A stretch of 64,000 nt of DNA from Candidatus Woesearchaeota archaeon (GTDB lineage: Archaea; Nanobdellota; Nanobdellia; Woesearchaeales; GW2011-AR4): contig JACPMR010000010.1 in assembly GCA_016185945.1 (NCBI GenBank), forward strand, positions 109,923 to 173,922, written 5' to 3'. A program made the position numbers and the translations under genes. This document shows, piece after piece, positions 57,340 through 64,000 of this stretch. Numbering within the stretch: the stretch's first letter is position 1; every line of letters starts with the position of its first letter. Below the pieces are notes generated by a model. It ran no database searches, was not told the DNA's origin, and was given only the letters and a program-made list of their open reading frames with translations.

Positions 57340-58527
57340 ATGGATAATGCAATAAGCAGAAGAGAATTTTTGAGGTTATTAGCAGCAGTACCTTTAGCAG
57401 GCAGTAAGCCGGTATCATTACTTGAAAGTATTGTTAGCTCTCAGCCACCTAACCAAGTTATGGTTTATGTCCCGCGTGAGGTTCCGAGACGATTGCCCAA
57501 TAATCCTGATTACGATAGACCGGGTGGCACTGCAGCAGATTTTCAGTCCCATTTAAGAGATAAAGACAAAGATGAAAAAGATATAAACATTGGAGGGATT
57601 GATTTAGTTTTTGGTGATGGTGTCCCTGTCGTTAGTTCAATTGATGGTATTGTTTTTGAAGCAGATTGGTTCGACGATGCGGGTTGGAGTGTGTTTGTGG
57701 AATTTGAAGATGGTCAAGTGGCTTATTCACATTTAAAAGAACAACCTTTTGTAATCAAGAGACAAAAGGTAAAAAGAGGGCAACTACTTGGAAGGGTAGG
57801 TGACACTGGTCTTGCTAAACGTAGAAAACACCTTCATGTAAGTGTTGCATTAAAGCGCGAGATTTTGGAAGAGATACTTAAAAATCCTAACAAGTATGTG
57901 ATTCGGGATAATAGAAGGTATGGCGGACTTATTATTGTCCGCGTTGGGGACCGGATACTCAATATAAAAGACTATGGAAATCGCTATAAGGGAACTTTTA
58001 GTATATTTAATGTAGTTGTTGACCCAAATGATTTAACTTATGTAGATCCAGAAAAACCCATAAGTGGAAGGAGGTTATTAGTAAACAATCCTACAGATTA
58101 TAAGGTTGTTTATTCTTACTCAAAGTCTGACAATATTTTAGAAAGATTAAGTTCTGTTGTTTTAACTTCTCCTTTTATTGGACATAAAGATGAGGTAATA
58201 AAGCAATCTATTGAAGCTAATGGTCCAGGTACAGACAATTATTATACGGATTTCAAGCTTTTAGTATTAGCTTATTATGGCAGATTTATGCCTGAAGGCA
58301 GGGCTATGTTAGAGGATATGCTTAGAAAGCTTAATTTGCCTCAAGATGTAATTTATCAAAGAGGGCAATCTACTTTCCAACCCTATGTCCCGCAAGGAAA
58401 TCTTTTAGTCCCTGACAAACAAATTGTAATTCCAGGTTATGAAAGCCAATCTGCTCTTCTAAGAAGAGAATTTATCACAGGCGGTTTAAAGCAAATCGCA
58501 TCTCGTTTAGGTCACAGAGCGGCTTAA
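57340..58527 (+). CDS. M23 family metallopeptidase with Tat signal
   Basis: SRREFL; GGID, GVPVVSSIDG, YSHL, VKRGQLLGRVGDTG, HLH. Confidence 0.87.
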   Translation: MDNAISRREFLRLLAAVPLAGSKPVSLLESIVSSQPPNQVMVYVPREVPRRLPNNPDYDRPGGTAADFQSHLRDKDKDEKDINIGGIDLVFGDGVPVVSSIDGIVFEADWFDDAGWSVFVEFEDGQVAYSHLKEQPFVIKRQKVKRGQLLGRVGDTGLAKRRKHLHVSVALKREILEEILKNPNKYVIRDNRRYGGLIIVRVGDRILNIKDYGNRYKGTFSIFNVVVDPNDLTYVDPEKPISGRRLLVNNPTDYKVVYSYSKSDNILERLSSVVLTSPFIGHKDEVIKQSIEANGPGTDNYYTDFKLLVLAYYGRFMPEGRAMLEDMLRKLNLPQDVIYQRGQSTFQPYVPQGNLLVPDKQIVIPGYESQSALLRREFITGGLKQIASRLGHRAA

Positions 58528-58560
58528 AACACTAAACATTCGGCAAAATTAACTGTCTGA

Positions 58561-58968
58561 CTAAAAACAGTTTTCAAGAAACTCTTCAGGTGATACAATC
58601 TTAATGTTCCTGAACTTATTTAGCTTGAGTAAATGTTTATTTTGAGTCGCAATGAATTCAGCTCCACAAGCTAAAGCACACTCTATTATCCTGTCGTCAT
58701 CTGGGTCTTCTTTTACTACCTTAACTTTTTCTTTTGGCTCGATAAAGCGAGTGAAATATGCTACTGCATCCACAATATTGTCAATCTCCTGTTTTTCTAA
58801 CATAAAGTCTCTTGCTAATACCTTTTTGATTTCTTCGATAATATCTTGCGAAATAAATACGATAATTTCTTGATTTATTGCTTTCTTAACAATTTTGTAG
58901 GGTTTTCCTTCCCAAAATACAGCAGAAATAAAGATATTTGTATCCAACACAACAATGGGCTTATTCAC
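58561..58968 (-). CDS. PIN-family toxin
   Basis: VVLDTNIFISA, EDPDDDRIIECA. Confidence 0.92.
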   Translation of the reverse strand: MNKPIVVLDTNIFISAVFWEGKPYKIVKKAINQEIIVFISQDIIEEIKKVLARDFMLEKQEIDNIVDAVAYFTRFIEPKEKVKVVKEDPDDDRIIECALACGAEFIATQNKHLLKLNKFRNIKIVSPEEFLENCF

Positions 58969-58978
58969 TTTAATTGCC

Positions 58979-59218
58979 TCAAGCTTTATTGATGAAATCT
59001 TCTTCTTTCCAACCTTTCTTCTTTGCTAACTCTGTTCCCCATTTATGAACTTTTTCAAAGACTTCTTTAGCTGTAGGCACATTTACTTTCTTTAATATCA
59101 AAGTGTCGTCTTTTCCAAAAATCGCAAAATTAGTGCCTGTTTCAAGTCCAAATTCTTTCCTTAGTTGCTTTGGAACTACAATCTGCCCTTTTGAAGACAT
59201 AGTTACAATTTCAGCCAT
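58979..59218 (-). CDS. AbrB/MazE-type antitoxin
   Basis: MSSKGQIVVPKQLR. Confidence 0.92.
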   Translation of the reverse strand: MAEIVTMSSKGQIVVPKQLRKEFGLETGTNFAIFGKDDTLILKKVNVPTAKEVFEKVHKWGTELAKKKGWKEEDFINKA

Positions 59219-59498
59219 TTTACATCACTAGTAAGAAAGTAAGCATAACTTACTTATAAACCTTTCGTTCAAGCAGAAATTATTTAATCTTTCTTTTCCT
59301 AACCTCCCTGCAAAAAACTTTCTCAATAGTTTTTTTGCCTCCCCTTACAAGAACTTTCTTCAGTTCACAAATGAATTTCTTTTTCCCGAATTTAACAATC
59401 CTTTTCATTTTTGTTCTTACCATGGAGTAAATAAATCATTTATGAATTTTGTGCTTATAAATTATTAAATATATATATTTTTGAATATATTTTCTATA

Positions 59499-59567
59499 TT
59501 GAAAATAATAGATTGTTCTTATAATGAAGTATTTTTTGATGGAAAAGGAAGAGTTAGTGTTGATAAA
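59499..59567 (+). pseudogene. Orphan internal fragment of a paralog of the 61942 gene
   Basis: Encodes LKIIDCSYNEVFFDGKGRVSVDK versus LKITDCSFNEVFFDGKGRVTLDK at 62572-62640. Confidence 0.8.
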
Positions 59568-59579
59568 ATTTTATTATAA

Positions 59580-60023
59580 CTATCTAAAATTACTCAATAA
59601 TTTAACAAATTTTAGTTTCTTGATTTTATCAAACAGATTATCATCGGCAGTTACAAAATCGTAATTGAGTTCTTTGGCTAATGCTATAAAATATGCATCG
59701 TATAGTGTTATATCGAACTGATAAGCCAATGCGAGAGCTGATGATATAACATCTTTTGTAGGCACTACTATATTGATGCCTATGTCAATTAGACTGTTAA
59801 CTGCGCTTGAAACATCTGCGCTCTTTAGTTTCTTGTTATACCTCAAGGCATTCGCTATTTCATAAAGTTGCAAGTCGGGAACTATTATATCGACGCTACC
59901 TTTAAGGAAACCTTCTCTGAACTGTAATGCCAAATCTGTATCTTCTTCCTCACAAAACCATTTTATAATTACAGAACTATCTAAAACATAATTTCCAATC
60001 AAGTTACTCTTTTTTCTCTCCAT
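59580..60023 (-). CDS. VapC-type PIN toxin
   Basis: YVLDSSVIIKW, YEIANAL, YDAYFIALA, VTADD. Confidence 0.92.
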   Translation of the reverse strand: MERKKSNLIGNYVLDSSVIIKWFCEEEDTDLALQFREGFLKGSVDIIVPDLQLYEIANALRYNKKLKSADVSSAVNSLIDIGINIVVPTKDVISSALALAYQFDITLYDAYFIALAKELNYDFVTADDNLFDKIKKLKFVKLLSNFR

Positions 60024-60196
60024 CTTCTAATCTCTTTAGAACCGTCCCAAAATCCTACTTTTGACCGAATGGAGTCTTGTGTCTTTACTGCATTTTCCAC
60101 TCTAGATTCTTCTCTAAATCTTGCACCTACCATTATCCCCAGTCTTTTTTGGAAAATGTTTAATCCGTTTGTTTGTTGTGCCATGACAGAATACAT
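59999..60196 (-). CDS. Putative VapB-like antitoxin
   Basis: Overlaps the VapC start; WDGSKEIRRWR tail. Confidence 0.7.
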   Translation of the reverse strand: MYSVMAQQTNGLNIFQKRLGIMVGARFREESRVENAVKTQDSIRSKVGFWDGSKEIRRWREKRVT

Positions 60197-60305
60197 GCAA
60201 GTTATTCCTTAAATATTTATCTATTCTTTATGATAATAGATTTATCTTCTATATTGAAGATAAAGATATATATTAGTGAATTCAAGGTTGCAAACATTGT
60301 TGAGA

Positions 60306-60623
60306 TTACACTTTAACAAGAACCTTAAGTTTATCAACCATATCGCCTAAATTTCTTGTAGGTTTCTTAGACAACTTCTCAAACAATAAGTATAGGTCAT
60401 ATTTTTCAGCCTGCTCCAAATCTAAAAATTCTTTTCCACATTCACTGCACCTAAATTTTATTATGTGGAATGTTATTGCTCCGTCAAAAAGGTTTTTATT
60501 TTCAATAATTTTTTCCATTTTTACATTGCAGTTTGGACACATGCCTGCGGTTACCTTAAAATACCCCTCATCTATCTCTGCTTTTACTTCTTCCATTTTT
60601 TCCAATTGTTTAGATTTTTCCAA
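60306..60623 (-). CDS. YgiT-type zinc finger protein
   Basis: CPNC..CSECGKEF. Confidence 0.75.
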   Translation of the reverse strand: MEKSKQLEKMEEVKAEIDEGYFKVTAGMCPNCNVKMEKIIENKNLFDGAITFHIIKFRCSECGKEFLDLEQAEKYDLYLLFEKLSKKPTRNLGDMVDKLKVLVKV

Positions 60624-60834
60624 TAAACTCTTCTCTTGTTATTCCAGCCTGTCTTATAATACTAAGCAATGTTCCTTTTTTAATCTCCTTCTTTAATGGC
60701 ACCACAACAAGAATAGTTTTATTGTCTATTTTCTTGTGGAGAGAAACATGGCTGCCTTTCTGTCTAACAATAGCAAATCCTTCTTTTTGCAGTAATTTGA
60801 GAACGGCATTTCCAGAAACAACTGGCAGCTTCAT
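60610..60834 (-). CDS. HicA-family toxin
   Basis: GFAIVRQKGSHVSL, KKGTLLSIIRQAG. Confidence 0.93.
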   Translation of the reverse strand: MKLPVVSGNAVLKLLQKEGFAIVRQKGSHVSLHKKIDNKTILVVVPLKKEIKKGTLLSIIRQAGITREEFIGKI

Positions 60835-60836
60835 TT

Positions 60837-61118
60837 TTATTGTATAGAAATCTCGACAGGGACATTTGCAGTTACAACTCTTGGCACTAGAGACTTTTTC
60901 TTTAAATCTTCTTTTGTTAAACCAAGCTGTTCTAAGACTTCATCTATTATTCCTAGTTCTTCTGCGCTTTCTATGTAAAGTTCAACAGCTTCTTTGATAT
61001 TTTCTATGGACTCTTCAAATGTTTCGCCTTGAGATGCAACATTAAGTTCGGGGCAGATAACTGAATATCCTTTTTCTTCCTGTTTTACTATAACATTCAA
61101 TAAAAGTTTGCTTTCCAT
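60837..61118 (-). CDS. HicB-family antitoxin
   Basis: CPELNVASQGETFEESIENIKEAVELY. Confidence 0.93.
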   Translation of the reverse strand: MESKLLLNVIVKQEEKGYSVICPELNVASQGETFEESIENIKEAVELYIESAEELGIIDEVLEQLGLTKEDLKKKSLVPRVVTANVPVEISIQ

Positions 61119-61288
61119 TTTTGTCTTTATGATAATTAGATTAGCTATTATTTAAAATTATCTAAAGTAAATGTTGGATTTTATCTTCTATATAGCAAAT
61201 AACTCTATATAATCTATATATTATTTTACTACTACAAACAAGTGAAAAATAGAAAGATTTATAAAGGGGGAAGATAATGGTATAGAGT

Positions 61289-61900
61289 ATGGGGTACACT
61301 CAAAATAATGGTAGTGCTGAAACTAATTATGGAATTAGTAGAAGAGATTTTCTAAGAGTTGCAGCAGGGGTTACGGCAGGCATTGGACTTGCTGGATTGA
61401 TTAATTCATTATCTTTACCCGCTCATGCACAAGGTACACCTAATTATCAGCAGAATGTTCCCCAACAGACAGCGCAAGTTAATAATCCTCTTGAAGCAAG
61501 AATCGACAAAACAACTTATTGGACTCCTGAAAAATTTATCAGAGAGATTGCAGAAAGTGATAAAATAACTTATGTCCATTGGTTATGGGAAAATAGAGGA
61601 AACATGAAAGCTGGTGACGAATTTTTAAATAATTTGATTAGAGATTTCCCAGAGATAGACAGATTTGTAATAATCGACCTAAGTAAGTATGGAGAACCTA
61701 TATGGAAACAATTAGTACAAATACCCGCTAGATACAACACAGATAAAAGTGTTGGTCCAGTACAGAGAGTTCCAAGTGGCAGTTTGTTTAAACATAAAAG
61801 AGAATTGAGAATTAAGGGCCCTCCAAGCGACGAATCTCCTTATGATAAAACTCGTGCTGGGATGAAAAACTGGTTGGCTCAATTTGATATACCTTCTTAA
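61289..61900 (+). CDS. Tat-signal protein with thioredoxin-like fold lacking CxxC
   Basis: SRRDFLR, hydrophobic stretch, AHA cleavage site; TPEKFIREIAESDKITYVHW..VPS..LFK pattern. Confidence 0.65.
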   Translation: MGYTQNNGSAETNYGISRRDFLRVAAGVTAGIGLAGLINSLSLPAHAQGTPNYQQNVPQQTAQVNNPLEARIDKTTYWTPEKFIREIAESDKITYVHWLWENRGNMKAGDEFLNNLIRDFPEIDRFVIIDLSKYGEPIWKQLVQIPARYNTDKSVGPVQRVPSGSLFKHKRELRIKGPPSDESPYDKTRAGMKNWLAQFDIPS

Positions 61901-61941
61901 GATTAGATATATTTAAAAATCTAGATTATTTAAGATGTATA

Positions 61942-63387
61942 ATGCTCAAATTCAAAAAGGGGTTTGTGTATTTTCTTATATTAATTCTAATAACAAATTT
62001 TGTTTTTTCTCAAGCAGAAAGTACTGAAAAGGGAACTGAAAAGATTGGAGATAGCGACAAAGAAAAATCAGTAGATCCTCCTACCAAAGACGCAGGCGAA
62101 GCATTAGCCTCTGGCGAGAGTTTTAAAGGAGATTTCCCTCCAAACACAGTCCTCCAAACTCCTTATAATCCGATAAGTGTCAGCGGCGAAGTCTCTATCG
62201 AAAATGGTGGACTATCTGCTGATTCAATTAAATACAACGGCATGCAGGCAATAGGCGTTGTTGGATTTAAGGCAACTGCTGACGGCTACACAATTCCGCG
62301 AGTGGCTAGCTTGGAGCATAATGGCATTAAAATCATAAATGGCGACGGCATAGTTTTCAAAAATGGCGAGTTTATCATTGAGCGGGCAGATTCTTTCATC
62401 AAGGATAATTCAATAACGACAAATGTAAATAATTTGTATATTAATGCAAAATTCTTCTCTGTCAAAAAAGCAGACTCTTTTCTTAGCGATTGCATAAGGG
62501 TTGATAACATTAAAGACAGCGAGTTTAAAGTTGCAAATATTGTTGAAATTACAACAAAATCCCGTCAAAAATTGAAAATAACTGACTGCTCTTTTAATGA
62601 AGTTTTCTTTGATGGAAAAGGAAGGGTTACTTTGGATAAAAATAGTGAATCTCCAACTTATGTTTTAGAAAACGGTACTTTAACAAAAACAGAAAATGGA
62701 TATAACGAAACAATTGAGTCAAATAATTCGATGATTATAGAGACGGATAAAACTTTTGGCTTTAAGTGTCTAATAATAAACCCTGTTGGAAGCTATTACT
62801 ATAATGACAATGATTTAAGAAAAGATTTCATAATCAATATCCCAAAAGAATCTTCTGTTTACAGATTATGCTTGAGAAAAAATATTGCACAAAAATTTCA
62901 AAACTATACAGGATTAGTAGATTTCCCAAATAAAAAGATTGAGCTTAACGGGACTGTCAATTATCTAAGGTATCCGTTAAAAAACAGCCAAGTATCAAGT
63001 CTGCTGAGTGATTTTGTCTACAGGGGATTGAAGAATGTAAAAACATTATTGAGCTATGATAATGATTTGCTGCTCTTGAAGAACGTCGCAATCAACAATA
63101 TCCCGAATAACAAACAGCAGATATCAATAACAATTCCAAACAACTATTACAAAATAGAAGAGCTGCAAATTGGCAATGGGGAAATACACCGCACTTTAAA
63201 ATTGAATTTGATAGACAAAAGTGACTTGAATGACGACATTTCATACAATTATGAAAGCGACAGCATGGCTCCAAAAATAGAGATAAGAAAAAGCGTTTTG
63301 GTGCAAAACTCAAGTGGAAATTCTGTTACGGTTCTGCCTCCAGGGCATCCAAGGATAGACAGCATATTAAAGGGCTTGAAAAGTTAG
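61942..63387 (+). CDS. Secreted beta-rich hypothetical protein
   Basis: Signal peptide; ADSF-type repeats. Confidence 0.7.
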   Translation: MLKFKKGFVYFLILILITNFVFSQAESTEKGTEKIGDSDKEKSVDPPTKDAGEALASGESFKGDFPPNTVLQTPYNPISVSGEVSIENGGLSADSIKYNGMQAIGVVGFKATADGYTIPRVASLEHNGIKIINGDGIVFKNGEFIIERADSFIKDNSITTNVNNLYINAKFFSVKKADSFLSDCIRVDNIKDSEFKVANIVEITTKSRQKLKITDCSFNEVFFDGKGRVTLDKNSESPTYVLENGTLTKTENGYNETIESNNSMIIETDKTFGFKCLIINPVGSYYYNDNDLRKDFIINIPKESSVYRLCLRKNIAQKFQNYTGLVDFPNKKIELNGTVNYLRYPLKNSQVSSLLSDFVYRGLKNVKTLLSYDNDLLLLKNVAINNIPNNKQQISITIPNNYYKIEELQIGNGEIHRTLKLNLIDKSDLNDDISYNYESDSMAPKIEIRKSVLVQNSSGNSVTVLPPGHPRIDSILKGLKS

Positions 63388-63422
63388 CAATATTTTTATA
63401 TTCTGCGAAAACAAATAGATAC

Positions 63423-64000
63423 ATGGCAAAAAAAAGAGGGCAAATAACCATTGTTATGGCATTAGCCATTGTTATGCTTATAATCGCGGCATTGACAATC
63501 TACGTTCTGAATTACTACAAAAAAAACTTTACTGAGCCATTGGTGTTTGAAAAAGCAAGCATTGAGAATTACATTAACAACTGCATTAAAAAAACAGCAG
63601 AAGATGGGGTGAAGCTGCTTGGCAAGCAGGGCGGTTACATAAACTTAGAAGATAGCATTAAAGCTCAAAACAACATTGCTGTTCTATCACTAAATAACAA
63701 AAGTAAAGCCCAGCCCATTGCCGGAATGGAAAATGATTTGTCAAATTATTTGAAAAATAATTTAAATTCGTGCTTGAAGAATTTTAAAGATTTCAAGAGG
63801 CAGGGATGGCAGGTTGAAGCAGGCAGCATCAAAGCAGCTGCCAAAATAAATGAAAACGACGTGACATTTGAAGCTAATTTCCCCATGAGCGTCAACAGCA
63901 AAGGAGACACAATAAAATTTGAAAGGTTTGTTATAATGCTGAATGTGAGGTTAAAATATGTTTATGAATTAGTTGATAGCATTGTTGACTTTAAAATAAA
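63423..64000 (+). CDS. Class III signal peptide protein, 3'-truncated by the window edge
   Basis: MAKKRGQITIVMALAIVMLII..YINNCI..LGKQGGY; reading frame appears open to the window end. Confidence 0.8.
   Translation, partial: MAKKRGQITIVMALAIVMLIIAALTIYVLNYYKKNFTEPLVFEKASIENYINNCIKKTAEDGVKLLGKQGGYINLEDSIKAQNNIAVLSLNNKSKAQPIAGMENDLSNYLKNNLNSCLKNFKDFKRQGWQVEAGSIKAAAKINENDVTFEANFPMSVNSKGDTIKFERFVIMLNVRLKYVYELVDSIVDFKI

Overview
AT-rich archaeal chromosome segment. Evidence for Archaea: rps8e, rpl37e next to Lsm, aIF-1A, a Dph2-like gene, a BHB-intron tRNA and class III signal peptides. The gene style suggests a DPANN/Woesearchaeota-like lineage (inference). Roughly 1-26 kb is housekeeping genes interrupted by a bacterial-type acylation cluster (SGNH-TPR, MBOAT, AcpS, ACP, FkbH, MaoC dehydratase, SAM methyltransferase); it also holds a tRNA-Leu(UAG) that appears to carry three introns, an lspA and an APC-transporter/methyltransferase fusion. 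Roughly 26.6-64 kb is a surface/conflict island. It contains a LamG protein and a 2236-aa secreted subtilase ending in a pre-toxin-like segment and a candidate toxin tip, followed by a coupled candidate immunity gene. A gingipain (C25)-like domain appears split over two secreted genes and catalytically dead. The island also has a tail-fibre-like repeat protein, a type IV pilus/Tad-like operon with at least 7 class III signal peptide genes, two Tat-exported M23-like proteins and many toxin-antitoxin modules, with several truncated gene duplicates that look like recombination scars. Two families of dispersed, covarying non-coding hairpin elements fill intergenic gaps, and one shares its ends with the non-canonical tRNA introns. 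All family calls come from reading motifs by eye; no database searches were run.
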